Program-made: the position numbers and the translations under genes
Part shown: in pieces, positions 1 to 13,059 of the stretch
Layout: each line of letters begins with the position of its first letter
Position numbering within the stretch: the stretch's first letter is position 1
The notes under the pieces: model-generated
Databases searched by the model: none
Told to the model about the DNA's origin: nothing
The model's input: the letters and a program-made list of their open reading frames with translations, nothing else
Assembly (NCBI GenBank): GCA_951406725.2
Contig: OX597820.1
Span: forward strand, 25,978,001 to 26,042,000
Direction of reading: 5' to 3'
Origin: Octopus vulgaris
Lineage: Eukaryota
DNA: 64,000 nucleotides

Positions 1-493
1 ACTTGGACATGGCAGGATTTAAACAGAATAAATCCGATGGGGCCCAACATTCCTACAGTACAAAGAATTCTCTCCCTAGATTCATACTTTTATATTGATC
101 CCTTAAAAGGATGAAAGATTGTTGGCTATGGCAGGATTTGAACTTGGAACACATAGAGACAAAAGATGAAGTATTCTGTCCAATGCTATGATTGCCAATA
201 ATATTTCAGCTTCCATTAGTTTTAAACTAAGGTTAGTAAATGTAGCTTCGCTTGTCTCTCATTCATTCATCACTGATTCAGGATAACAAAATTCACTCAT
301 TTGTGAACCATTTTATGCTTATCACAAATGAACCTGTGATAACATGGGTTGGTGATCAATTGAAGATTCTGCTAGTACTGCAAAAACATGCCCTAGTAAC
401 CACCTACAATAATCAACTATCCAGAATGCCCTAACTATCATATTTGAACTGTATTTTATGTATTTGAACTGGGACCAGTTAACAGAATGAAAT

Positions 494-665
494 ATGAAGG
501 TATCTGATCCTAATAAGGAAGGCAGATGAGTGTATTCTTTACAGGAAAAGGTGGAGATGAACAGGAAAATTCACGATGGTAGAACCTTCACTGTTGCAAG
601 CTGTAAGTTTGGCATCAATGAATCTCCAATTTATTCCATTTACAAAGTGCATGATAAGATTCATT
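494..665 (+). pseudogene. pogo/Tigger-type transposase N-terminal HTH remnant
   Basis: Manual translation from ATG 494 gives MKVSDPNKEGR*VYSLQEKVEMNRKIHDGRTFTVASCKFGINESPIYSIYKVHDKIH. This matches the CENP-B/psq HTH pattern (L-x-EK-V...YGINES...I) and carries an in-frame stop. Confidence 0.65.
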
Positions 666-1488
666 TACCACTGTGCTAATTTGGAACCAAACACTCATAA
701 TAAACAAAGACAGATGTACTTATTATACAACTTTAATCTTGGTCTTATACTTTTTCAACTGAAATAAAATCCACAACGAGCCAGACAGACAAAATAAAAC
801 TTGCCTAATCAACAAAATGTTTCTATTTCCTTGGAGAAGAAGAATGGTTTTCAAATATGGCTAAATTTTATATTTCTTCTAAGTGGTGACCAGAAAATAA
901 TGGGTGGAACCTAGAAGTAACGACTGAACTCTGTTTTTAAATTTATTTTTATTTTATATTATTTGTAATTATATCATCATAGTCTGAGCCTAGTTTTCAG
1001 TGCACTTGTATCAAATTCCTCACCAACTAGGACTCAAGTTACAGGATTTAGTTCAGGGTATTGTATTTATTATTCAATTCTTGAAGGATATATGTAATGC
1101 TCTACAAGTTGTATATAACTCTCAGTTCTTGAATGACGTACACGATTAGTTTCTTTTGTGTGTGTGTGTGTGTGTGCTGGCTTTTATATAACATAATAGT
1201 TGTAAATGTATGTTTGATGTCATAAAAGCAGTATCATTTTTCTTATTTCTTCTGTGAAAACATGCCTGGCCATGAGGAAATATTAACCTTACTTAGAAAC
1301 CGGGAAGGCCCGATGACAGGAAAAGCACTACCACCACAACCACCCCACATTTATTATAACCACCACCACCACCACCACAACCACAACCACAATCATCTCT
1401 AATCACCACCACTGCTAATATTTATCATCACCCCATTACTGCCACTGTTATGATTTCCTCAAATAGTTCACAGAAAGTTGGAAACCTG

Positions 1489-1900
1489 GCAGAGTTGTTA
1501 CAGCATAGGACACTGCCTTTTAGTCGAGCAAATCGACCCCAGGACTTATTCTTTGTAAGCCTAGTACTTATTCTTTTTTGCCGAACCACTAAGTTAGAGG
1601 GATGTAAACACACCACCATCGGTTGTCAAGCAATTTTGGGGTGAAAAACGCAGACACACAAACATACACACACACATACACACATATATATATATATATG
1701 TATACATATATACGATGGGCTTCTTTCAGTTTCCGTCTACCAAATCCACTTACAAGGATTTGGTCAGCCCGAGGCTATAGTAGAAGACACTTGCCCAAGG
1801 TACCACACAGTGGGACTGAACCCAGAACCATGTGGTTTCTAAGCAAGCTACTTACCACACAGCCACTCCTACGCCTATACTTACCACACAGCCACTCCTA
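1489..1900 (-). mobile_element. tRNA-derived SINE family 1 (CORE-like, resembles octopus OR-type SINEs)
   Basis: Reverse complement of the family seen intact at 15506-15925, with internal (CA)/(TA) microsatellite. The ~23-bp head segment tacttaccacacagccactccta is tandemly duplicated at about 1848-1900. Confidence 0.85.
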
Positions 1901-2353
1901 AGGGTCATGGGTACTGCCCTTCTCTCCATGACTTAGGTCTGTCATGAATCCTAGGGCTTAGAAGGTTGGAAACTAGCCTGGTTTCAATGGCATATATGTG
2001 ACTGGCATCATATTTCACCTTGAATGAGATGCCAGTCCATCACTGGGTTAACTTTCCAGCTATTACTGGAATTCCTTTGCAACTGATCGTGCTGTGGAAA
2101 TTACTCAAGAACACAATGCACTGCCCAGTCTGGGAATTGAAACCTTGCTCTTATGGTTGCCTTCACTCAGAATTAAGAAAAGAAAAAATACAGAAAATGG
2201 TTTTCAATCAGCCCCTTAAGTAACCACTTTACACACTTGTACTCCAACAAGGAAGATTCTACATGATCATTCAATCTGCTAGAAACAGAAACCAAATCTC
2301 CCACCATCTTTACTCCCTGTCATCTTCAAAAAGAAACAACATATTGGACAAGA

Positions 2354-2354
2354 T

Positions 2355-2385
<31 letters not shown>

Positions 2386-2392
2386 CCACCAC

Positions 2393-2446
<54 letters not shown>

Positions 2447-3460
2447 TTAACATCAGGATTCCATGCTAGCATGGGTTGGACTGCTCAACAGGATCTACTG
2501 AGCCAAAGGGCTGTATTAGACTGTAATGTCTGCTTTGTCAAGATATCTATGGCTGGATGCCCTTCCTAACACCAACTACTTTACAGAGTGTACAATGTGC
2601 TTTTTTGTGTGGCACCAGCACTTGTGAGGTCACCAAGTAACTTACAAGACAAGATCCTTTGATAGATTGGTGGTGTGGTATTGTGATGGTTTTGTGCCAG
2701 TTGTTAAAAGGCTAAAATATGATAAAGAGAGACAGGATCAGGTGTCTTGCTATAGAAGAGACAAATGGATGCACCAACAAGAAATGGCGGAAGGATGGAG
2801 GAGAAAAGGTATTGGGGTTAATCCTCAAGTAACAAGGTGGATAACAAGAAAATAAGGGCCAAGAATCAAGGATGACTGGATGGGTGGGTTCATGAGAGGA
2901 GTGTGACAGACAGTAGAGATGAGAATAGAAATGAATAAGGCGGCGAGCAGGCAGAAACGTTAGCATGCTGGGCGAAATGCTTAGCTGTATTTTGTCTGCG
3001 ACCTTTCGGGGGTCAATAAATTAAGTACCAGTGATGCACTGGGGTCGATGTAATCGACTTAATCCCTTTGTCTGTCCTTGTTTTTCCCCTCTATGTTTAT
3101 CCCCTTGTGGGCAATAAACAAATAAGAAATGAATGCAGCAAATGGTGAACATGAATGGAGGCATTTGACAGTGGTGAATCTCAGTTTGGGGGAATGTAAG
3201 GAAAATAGGAGTGGGACAGCAGGGAGTAAGTGATAGGTGGTAATATTTAAATGAAAAAGTGGGGTGGTGAGCAACTGTATAATAAAACTGTAGATAGGGG
3301 AGAAATAGGGAGCTGATATGAAGTGTGGAGGAGAGAGAAATGGGGACATTGATGGCAGATATGAGAGGGTGTTCAGTGAAAATAAAGTGGTAAAAAATGA
3401 TGTTGGGAATGCAGTGTGGGCTGTAAAGGAAGTGGATAACTGGTAATACAAAAAAAAAAC
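2354..3460 (-). mobile_element. RTE LINE 3'UTR with expanded (GAT)n tail, interrupted by a SINE
   Basis: (CAT)n at 2354-2446 is followed by ttccatgctagcatgggttgga...ggctggatgcccttcctaa, then purine-rich sequence homologous to 9600-9830. Confidence 0.7.
2937..3124 (+). mobile_element. SINE family 2 (Deu/Nin-domain-like), internally deleted
   Basis: Head aaggcggcgagc...cagaaacgttagca and central cctttcgggggtcaataaattaagtaccag. A 10-bp TSD agaaatgaat lies at 2927-2936 and 3125-3134. Confidence 0.85.
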
Positions 3461-4261
3461 AGGTGGATATAATATATGCAGTTCTGCCCTTCATAAAATT
3501 ACAGCAGCTAAAAAAAAAATATAATAATAAAGGATCACTATGGCTGGAGTTACTTTAATCTTCGATCTGCTTAATCAAAGATGAACTAGGGCTTAACAAC
3601 AGCAACAACAACAACAACAACATTAACCATAGTAGCAACGCTACCATCATAACCAACATCATGCTCATAACCTCTACAAGCAAACCACCACCACCACCAT
3701 CACCACCACCTCTACCTATCAAAAGAATCAAGTTATATTATTTAGCCTTCTTAAAAAATATACAGTGTACATTTTCATAACTCAACTTCAAATTCCTGAA
3801 ATGTACACATAACTAGAATTACTCTCCATATACCTAAGTTTCACAAAAATAGCCCATTACGATTCTCTTGAGGCTATATGAAATTACTGCAAGTGATGGC
3901 TTATTTTGTTTAAATTCAGTATTTATGTAACAGTGCAAAAGAGCTGTGAGTTGAAAAGAATGTTAGAGCTTTAGATTAAATTCATTTACAGTAGATATCA
4001 ATTATATCAATTTAATCTGACTCTGTCTTCAATAGAGAGAGAGGAGGAGAGAGAGAGAAAGAAAAGGGAGAGATGATTTTAAATAAGAAATCCATATGTA
4101 TGTACGTATGACTCTATCCATCCATCCATCTGTCTGTCTGCCTGACTATCTATCTATATATAAAATGATATACAAGCAAGTGTCTTCTATAGCTCCAGGC
4201 TGACCAAAGCCTCATGAGTGAATTTGGTATATATATATATATACATACATATACACACTAA

Positions 4262-5890
4262 GGTTATGACTTTTTGGGTTTTTTGGGAAGTAAACAATTT
4301 CCTGTATGAAAAGTCAATGGACAAGTTCATATAAGTAGGGAAAATAATTTTTATTTTAAGTTTTTTAAAAAAATGTCTCCTCCAACTGAAGAAATCTAAC
4401 ACGAATTTTGACCAAAATCATGCAAAATTCTAGGGGGTTCATAACGCCTACTCAAGTTTTTATCAAACTTGGTGTGCTGACCTAATGCAATGCAGAAGCA
4501 GTATATCTCAAATTTCAGCTTTCAAGTTTAAGTAGTTTAGGAGTTATAGAGTTTCTGTTACCATTTAAGCCCTACTTTAGGAAATAACCTCTTTCTCTCC
4601 TTTTTATTTCTGTGACTTTAAAAAATCTGACTATATTAACTGTTTTTCAGAACAGTAGGCTTATCCGACTAGAGTATCTAAAATAATGTCTCATAAGAGA
4701 AGCGCTTGTGTCACTGAAAGAAACACACAATCTGGATGAAGAATCTCGTGCAATTTCAAGACTCACATAGAAAAAGAAGACCTGTTCCTCTAGAAGAGCA
4801 TTCTTTGGAAAACAACTACAGGATACCAATGGAATTGCAAAATGTCGGTTGCTACCTGAAACTTGGAGGTACCATCAAAGGAAGGAAACAAAGAACAAAA
4901 GAAGGCATGAAAATTCATTTGACCAGAGTTTTTCATTTCTTTGAAGAAACCAGAAAATTTCCTACTGTAAAGTTTCAAAAAACACCCAACATAAGTAATG
5001 CAAGATGGAATTCTCAAGGAATACTAGCTCTTTTGGCATTTATTCTTCTACCAGGGAGTTTTGCTTCTCAATGTTTGTTGATTCATCTCTTACAGTTGGA
5101 CAGATTTTTGGTTTACTGACCATATGTACAATGCACATGATTATCAGAAGTTATGTGGTAACCTGCAAGTTCATAAAAAAGCATTGAACTCTGTAAAAAC
5201 CTTTGGAGTCGAGAACCATCAAAACTGGAAATTCTCAGAACAAATCAGAGTGCAGAACAACAATCAAGTGCCTTCAAGATCTTTATAGTGTTTGTAAAAA
5301 GGAGAAACTTCAGCTTCAATTTATTTTAATATTAATTCTTTAAAAATTTGCTAACATTCAGCACCCTTTTTAAAAAGTTAAAAATGTGTATTGCTTTTAA
5401 TTTTGTATGTTATCAAATGCTTGTAGTGGTCTCTGTCTTAAAATAGTCTAGTTTTGAACCTTTGCATAGAACAATTTCAATTCAGTAATCTTAAAAATGT
5501 ATAAATACACTTTTATTCCACATTTCTCTTGCGTTTACAAGGATTTAGGCAGCAGAAATACTGAAGTGTGAATCTAGTGCCACTTAATGATTATAGTTTA
5601 AAAAGGCCATAACTCCAAAAATACTTCAAATGGAAAGCTGAAATTTCATATATACTATTTCTGCATTGCATTGAGTCAGTACACCAAGTTTGGTAAAAAC
5701 TTGAGCAGGTGTTATGAACCCCACCCCACTAGAATTTTGCATGATTTGGGTCAAAAGTGGTGATCAGTTTAAGTTGAAGGTGACATTTTATTTTTTCAAA
5801 TAAAGCAAAATAAATGTTTGTTTCCTGACTTTTATGAAATTATTCATCGAATTACAGGTAGGTTTATTAGGTTGTGAAAAAGTCATAACC
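4262..5890 (+). mobile_element. Unclassified DNA transposon with ~290-bp imperfect TIRs and a transposase remnant
   Basis: Termini ggttatgac...gtcataacc. About 4262-4550 is inverted at about 5605-5890 (e.g. tcatgcaaaattctag / ctagaattttgcatga). Flanked by ctaa on both sides. Internal frame-broken coding relic FHFFEETRKFPTVKFQKTPNISNARWNSQGILALLAFILLP. Confidence 0.8.
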
Positions 5891-6202
5891 CTAATACACA
5901 CACAAATAAGAAAGCCAGAATACCACACATCTCTCAGTTCACCTAGCAATCTTCTTCTGGCACTTTCCATTCTGCATTCAAATCCTTCAAAGGTTAGCAT
6001 TGCTTTCATCCTTTTGGGATCATCAATAAAATAAAGTACCAATCAACTACTGTGGTCAATGTAATCAAACCAAACCCTTCCCCATAAAAATTGCTGGCCT
6101 TGTATCAAAGCATGAAAGAAATATTTAACCCTTTAGCATCCTGATTACTTACACAAATGTTATGTATGTTCATTCACGTTATTTTGAATTACTCATGCAT
6201 TA

Positions 6203-6612
6203 TCTATTATATAAAATCCGTTCTGTCTGTCTGTGTGTGTGTCTTCTAGGATCTTGGGCATCCTCCATCCGATTGCGCTCAAATTTGATATGTAGATACC
6301 AACGGTATCAGGGTCGTGTATAAGTTTTGAAAAAATTACAAAAATCGATTTCAGGTGAGAATGCGATCGATAAAGCCGTGGTAACGTGCATTTGTACGCA
6401 CGTGTACATTGGCTGTTGCGATCGATACTACTCATACGTGAGAAAGTTTATCTTTATTTCTTCTTTTGCTGGTGTCTCAAATTTAAGTTAAATCAGTGTT
6501 TCTCAAAGGGGAGGCCTATGGGAGGGTCGGACAAGTTGTTTTGAGAAAATTTGGTCTAAATGTTTGACAACTCAGCACCGTCCATTGGACGGGGAGGGGG
6601 GCGTTTTGCTCG
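6203..6612 (+). mobile_element. Non-autonomous Helitron
   Basis: Starts TCtattatataaaa followed by (gtct)n. Ends with hairpin ccgtcc-att-ggacgg (6578-6592) then CTCG, a CTAG variant. Inserted between A and T of MITE-A with no TSD. Confidence 0.75.
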
Positions 6613-6707
6613 TCTTATATATTTGAGATTTCTATGTTGTGATTATTTATGATTTGAATGGCATTGTCAGGTAGTTGTGAAAGGCCAGATCTAGCCAGTG
6701 TGAACAT

Positions 6708-7848
6708 AGGCGTAATAGTGGCTGTGTGGTAAGTAGCTTGCTTACAAACTACCTGGTTCCTGGTTCAGTCCCACTGTGTGGTACCTTGGGCAAGTGTCTT
6801 CTACTATAGCCTCAGGCCGACCAAAGCCTTGTGAGTGGATTTGGTAGATGGAAACTGAAAGAAGCCCGTCATATATATATGTATATGTATATATATACGT
6901 ATATATATATATATATTCAACAATAGTATTAAGGAATGACCCTGACAGGTCGTTCAACTCACTTGAAAAGAGCAGCTAAACTCAAACCGCAAAAATAGTA
7001 GTAATTCTGAAACTAAAGGAGAAATAAAAACATTTATCCCCTTCAACTTTGTACCCTGCAAGGTTTCAACATTTTTACGTAATCGAATTTAATTAAATTA
7101 AATTAAATCCGTTTACGATTGGCTTGTCTCATCAGCAAAGTCGCCAAAGAAAAGGAGAACATATACCCATGAGGCAGCACCACTGAAGCCTCGAGTTTAT
7201 ATATCCTAAATTTTCGAAATCCACCGTAACCGCGCCAACTACTCAGCAGCAAATATAAACTGCTGATACAATTTCAGAATTAGTCAGAAAATCATTAATT
7301 AATCAATATAAGGGTAGCAAAAAATTCAAGAAAAATTTTCTGCAACCAGCGGTCAAGTGAGAAAATAGAAATAGTCACAGACTATATAATATATTCAACA
7401 ATAGTATTAAGGAATGACCCTGACAGGTCGTTCAACTCACTTGAAAAGAGCAGCTAAACTCAAACCGCAAAAATAGTAGTAATTCTGAAACGTGGGTATA
7501 TGTTCTCCTTTTCTTTGGCGACTTTGCTGATGAGAGAAGCCAATCGTAAACGGATTTAATTTAATTTAATTAAATTCAATTACGTAAAAATGTTGAAACC
7601 TTGCAGGGTACAAAGTTGAAGGGGATAAATGTTTTTATTTCTCCTTTAGTTTCAGAATTACTACTATTTTTGCGGTTTGAGTTTAGCTGCTCTTTTCAAG
7701 TGAGTTGAACGACCTGTCAGGGTCATTCCTTAATACTATTGTTGAATATATTATATAGTCTGTGACTATTTCTATTTTCTCACTTGACTGCTGGTTGCAG
7801 AAAATTTTTCTTGAATTTTTCTTGAATTTTTTTGCTACCCTTATATTG

Positions 7849-7934
<86 letters not shown>

Positions 7935-8122
7935 TTGTGTGTCTCTGTTTGTCTCCCCAACATCGCTTGACAACCAATGCTGATGTGTTTACGTCCCCAT
8001 AACTTAACAGTTCGGCAAAAGGGACCAATAGAATAAGTCCTGGGGTCAATTTGCTCGACTAAAGGCGGTGCTCCAGCATGGCTACTGTCACCTGACTGAA
8101 ACAAGTAAGAGTAAAGAGTAAA
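6708..8122 (+). mobile_element. SINE family 1 with a foldback insertion in its (TA)n tract
   Basis: 5' half at 6708-6870 (A box tggctgtgtgg, B box ggttcagtcc) and 3' half at about 7930-8122. Confidence 0.85.
6911..7850. repeat. Tandem-plus-inverted (foldback) insertion
   Basis: 6911-7169 is inverted at 7493-7750, and 7302-7491 is inverted at about 7649-7850. 6914-7012 is directly repeated at 7392-7491 (offset 478 bp). Confidence 0.9.
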
Positions 8123-9195
8123 ATAAAACAGGTAGAACATTTTGGGCCAGATACGGCCACTTTGAATGCTAAAGGGTTAATTTATTTACAAGTCTATGTG
8201 TTTGTATGAGTTTGTGTGCACCTATGTATATATTTGTTTTTTTATGTACAGCCACATTATTTTCTATTGTCTTTCTCCTATCAATGGAGAGAAGTAATCT
8301 TTCTATGTTGATATGATACAGAGTAAAATTCTTCTGCTTTGAGGGTTAAAGGGCCTAGAAAAGAACTGGAAGTGATTTTAGGCCATAGACGAATGTGTGT
8401 TTAAAAGTACATTAGTCATGAGATTTTGTTGACATATTACATTATTTTTGGAATATAGATTTCCTTGCTGTGAACTTTACTATTACACAGAGGTATGTCA
8501 TATAATTGATATTTCTCATAGTGTGTGTTTTCTTTAACTGGTTTAATCATTGATCTGTGGTAATGTAGTGGTACACATGTGTGTACGTGTGCACACACTC
8601 ACACAAACATACACACATACACACACGCACACAAACACACACACACAATAACTGTGTCTCTTCTCATCCTCTCTTTTAGTAACTTCTTTCCGTTATTGAG
8701 TTACACATACACGCACACACACACACACACACAAACACACATGCAATTAGACACAAACATGCTCACATGCACACAAACACACAAGTATGCATAAATACAT
8801 TCTTTCTTGAGAGACTTACCATATATCTTGATATATGACTTTCTATAGACAATAACTGAATCGGGACATATGGTAAAATTTACCCTGTGAAGCAGGTCTA
8901 AACTGCTGATTTACCCCAACTTTCTCATGGTTGACTCCTGGTACCTGTCAGACAGTCACAGAGCTTACTTGGCAGATTATAGTGGTGGTTTTCCATTGCC
9001 TTCTTTCAGGGACTGGTTTATCCCCCTGGATTATGGTTTCTGCCAGCTAAATTCCACTTGTAAAGCATTGAACAATCCAAGGCCATAGAAAAAGATAATT
9101 TTTTAAAGAGGTCTTTTAGCAAAATTGAACCCAGAATCATGTTGTAGTGAAGTGAAATTCTTAACCACATGGCTATGCCAGGACTTTATAATATA

Positions 9196-9234
<39 letters not shown>

Positions 9235-9294
9235 GAAACATGTATGTAAATACATAGTGAAAGTAAGAGAAATGAAACTAATATATATATATAT

Positions 9295-9296
<2 letters not shown>

Positions 9297-9329
<33 letters not shown>

Positions 9330-10090
9330 TTAATGTCCACTTTCCATGCTGGCATGGGTTGGACAGTTTGACAGGAGCTGGCCAGACAGAAGACTGCACT
9401 AGACTTCTGTATCTGTTTTGGCAAGGTTTTTCAGCTGGATGCTCTTCCTAACACCAGCCACCCAGCAGAGTGGACTGAGTGCTTGGCACAGGTGAGATCA
9501 GTTTTGGCATGGTTTTTACAGCTGGATGCCCTTCCAAATGCCAACCACTTTACAGTGTGAACTGGATGCTTTTTATTTAGCATCAGCACTGACAGGGTCA
9601 CCGAGTAACTTGTAAGACTAAGATCCTTTGAGAGGAGAGGAGAGAGATGGAGGAGGTGATCTTGCATCAGATGATAAAAGGTTATAGTGAGAGAGACAGA
9701 AACAGGTCTCTTACTGTAGAGGAGGTACATGATTACCAAACCAGAGAGAGAGAGGGAGTGATCAAGAATGAGAACAGAAACAGGTGTGCTGCTGTGAAAG
9801 AGATACATGGTCATCTAGCCTAAGAGATGAACAGGAAAAGGAAAGAGAGAGAGAGAGAGAGAGAGAAAAAAAAAATTATCATGTTTATTCTCAACTGAAG
9901 CAAGGCCCTATAACCTCACTACCTCCTCCTGGTCCAATAAAAAAAAGAAAATGGACGTTGTGGAGGGGGTCTCTAATAAACCAGCCTCTCAGTCCACAAA
10001 AACATGTGTGCTGCTGTGAAGGAGATACATGGTTACCCAGCCTGAGGGATGAGCAGGAAAAGGGGAGAGAGAGGGAGAGGGAGAGAGAGA

Positions 10091-10166
<76 letters not shown>

Positions 10167-11500
10167 AAGAGTGCAAGAGAAACCAGGAGAAAGATGGTGG
10201 TGAAATGCTGGGCATACTCACAAGAGTCAGTGATCAGAATATAAATGGGATAGTAGAGTAAAAGTAGAGAGAGGTGGATGGTGGCAAGTGCCAGGACATA
10301 CCCTTGAGGCATGGCGGTCATAATATAAGTGACAGGGGTATTGCCAAAGAAGTGTGAGTAGAGAGCGGGGTTGGGGAATGTAGTGAGTGGTTGAAACCTG
10401 TGTATATAGAGTGGGTGGATATATACTGGACAGCAATGATACAGTGAGCAGTGCCATGAGGATAGGATTGGGGAGTGAGAGATAAGCATGAATAAGGAAA
10501 TGTGAGGAAGAGATGTAGTTTGGTTTGTTGGGGTAGGGTGTGTGAAAAGTTTTCTTGTTATGTGTGCATGGAACACAACACTTCTAGAACTCAGTTTCGC
10601 CGATGTGGTCAGGTCTTTTTCAAGAACCTCATATGCCGGACATCTCAGTCCATTGTCATTTCCTCCATAAGGCTAGCGGAGTCACATGATTGATAGGTTA
10701 TCAGGTGGCTAGCTGGCTCCCTGAAGTTGGTGTTGCAGATCAATAGGTTATTTGCATCACAGAACTCCAGGAGCCTAGTTCCCTCTTCATTTCTGGTACC
10801 AACTCCTTAGCCCCTATGTACACCGTGGAAGATACCAGATTGCTGTCCGACATGCCCATTAAAATCTCCAGCCACAAAGATGAGATCATTATCACTCACT
10901 CTTAAGGTAGCCTGCAGAAGAATATCATAAAAGTGATCCTTCTGTTCATTTGGTAGGCCCGCTTGTGGGGTATAAGTGGAGATGATTGTAGCTCTACTAT
11001 TCTGCAAGACTAGCCTGAGTTTAAGTACACCCTCACTACCTCTACGACCTTATCCACCTATTTCTCTGCAAGAAGTATGCCCACACCCCTATTCCATCAC
11101 TATTACCATCCCGGAAGAGTTTATACTTAAGTGCTTTGCCTGTGAGGACTCTGGTTGAAGCTCTTCTCCATCTTACCTCTTGCACACAACATATATCAAC
11201 ATGTCTCTGTTCAAGCATCTCTACAATCTCACTAGACCTACCTTTCAATGTGCCTACATTTAGAGTGCCAACTCTGAACACTAGGAAAGTGATATTGGAG
11301 GTAACACAGGAAGGAGAGATGTTATTCAGTACCTGAAAAGAAGGATCCCGTGAATGTTTGGTAAGAGGTGTCATAATAGTTGTTATTGCTTATAACCTAC
11401 CGTCATTCGGACATGTTAGTGTTGTTAAGGTTATTACCTCTACTGGAAGGAGGGAATGAGGAAGCATTGTATATGAAAGTGTTTGGGGCATTGTTGTGAG
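9297..11500 (-). mobile_element. Internally deleted RTE-clade LINE (AP endonuclease joined to C-terminus and 3'UTR)
   Basis: Endonuclease motifs RVGTLNVGTLKGRSSEIVEML..DICCVQEVRW, IISTYTPQAG..FVAGDFNGHVG and RNEEGTRLLEFCDANNLLICNTNF run to about 10681. They are followed directly by C-terminal-like SLMEEMTMD*DVRHMRFLKKT, a purine-skewed UTR and a (GAT)n tail at 9297-9328. Confidence 0.85.
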
Positions 11501-11560
11501 CCTTGTAGGAGAAGCATTATTGATGCTGCAGAAAAAAAAACATATATACATACATATATA

Positions 11561-11835
11561 TCATCATCATCGTTTAACTTCCGCTTTCCATGCTAGCATG
11601 GGTTGGACGATTTGACTGAGGACCAGCGAACCAGATGGCTGCACCAGGCCCCAATCTTGATCTGGCAGAGTTTCTACAGCTTGATGCTCTTCCTAATGCC
11701 AATCACTCCAAGAGTGTAGTGGGTGCTTTTACGTGCCACCGGCATGGGGCCAGTCAGGTGGTACTGGCAACGACCTCGCTCGAATGTTTTTTTTATGTGA
11801 TACCGGCACAAGTGCCAGAAAGGCAATGCTGGTAA
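11561..11835 (-). mobile_element. RTE 3'UTR fragment
   Basis: catcatcatcgtttaacttccgctttccatgctagcatggg tail followed by 1-2 hairpin repeat units. A SINE-1 head fragment (11836-11956) abuts it. Confidence 0.8.
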
Positions 11836-12627
11836 TCACAAGGCTTTGGTCGGCCCGAGGCTATAGTAGAAGACACTTGCCCAAGGTGCCATGCAGTGGG
11901 ACTGAACCTGGAACCATGTGGTTCGTAAGCAAGCTACTTACCACACAGCCACTCTTACACACACATATATGTGTATATATATATATATATATATCATCAT
12001 CATATGTATATGATGAAGTTTATTACAGCTAGTTTTCTATGACCTGATGCCTTTCCTGTTGCCAGTCCCCACTTGTTTTTCACAGAAGATTGGAAAAGGA
12101 TGACAGTAAATGTATGTTACACTTAGTATGTGGCAGCTGCTTATTATGATTACGTCATCAAATAATTACCATCAAAATTAGTCAGTCCAAAACTCTACCA
12201 TGAAATTGTGAAATATTCCGTTTAATGTTATCAGTTTGTTATGGTTATCTGAAAGTTGCTTTCTCAAAAAATAAAAAAACAAAAAATGATCACAATAAGC
12301 AGCTTTCATTGTATACGACTTGCTGTTGCATGTCATATGTACAACAAATATGTGATTTTTCAGCTGTTGCTAAAATGGATAGGCAACTATTACTTTCAGT
12401 GATGCCAGCTGTTTTTTACCATCTCAAAACATTATTACCAGTTTACATATTTACATTTACCTCTCTGTATCTTTCTTTCTGCCTGCCTGCTTGCCTGTCT
12501 GCCTACCTACCTTACCAACCTACCTACCTACCTAGATAGTTCTTTCTAAATCTCTATATCTCTCCCTTTCTTCACTATCTAGGTATTTCTGTGTCTATTT
12601 CTCTCCCTATCTCTTTTTACCCCTTTA

Positions 12628-12628
<1 letters not shown>

Positions 12629-12702
<74 letters not shown>

Positions 12703-12925
12703 AGCAGTGAGCTGGCACAAACGTTAGCATGCTGGGTGAAGTGCTCAGCAGTAGTATTTTGTCTGTCTTTACTTTCGAATTCAAATTCCACTGAAGTCAA
12801 CTTTGCCTTTCATCCTTTCAGGGTCAATAAATTAAGTACCAATTGTGTACTGGGGTCAATCTAATGAACTTGCCCCCTCCACCAAAATTTCAGGCCTTGT
12901 GGCTAGAGTTGAAAAGATTATTATT
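12629..12925 (+). mobile_element. (ATT)n microsatellite followed by SINE family 2
   Basis: Long (att)n at 12629-12700, then aaagcagtgagctggcacaaacgttagc...gcctttcatcctttcagggtcaataaattaagtacc. Confidence 0.75.
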
Positions 12926-13059
12926 ATTATCATTAACTGGCAGAAGTTACAGAGTGACTCAAGGGCTGAGAGTTTCATGTATTGACACTTATCAATCTTT
13001 GCTACTTACTCTTTACTCTTTTACTTGTTTCAATAATAATACAATATAAATATATACTC

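Larger units (their letters stand above)
6129..8176. mobile_element. piggyBac-like MITE-A (TTAA|CCC...GGG|TTAA), split by a Helitron and a SINE
   Basis: ttaaccctttagcat at 6125 and atgctaaagggttaa ending 8180. Pieces 6129-6202, 6613-6707 and 8123-8176 rejoin into the ~220-bp unit seen intact at 52763-52980 and 62095-62314. Confidence 0.85.

Noticed and set aside
1623-1901. Recurrent ORF family ...ASFSFRLPNPLTRLWSARGYSRRHLPKVP...
   Set aside because: Antisense reading of SINE family 1, also at 11733, 13151, 15439 and 56239. Not a gene family.
3021-3494. 157-aa and 130-aa hydrophobic ORFs
   Set aside because: Arise from pyrimidine-rich RTE UTR plus SINE sequence.
7520-7555. Hammerhead core ctgatgag...gtaaac in the foldback unit
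   Set aside because: Stem II is only 2 bp, GAAA is interrupted and there is no convincing stem I.
9784-10576. 139-195 aa ORFs rich in RE or SL repeats
   Set aside because: Translations of (GA)n and low-complexity RTE UTR sequence.
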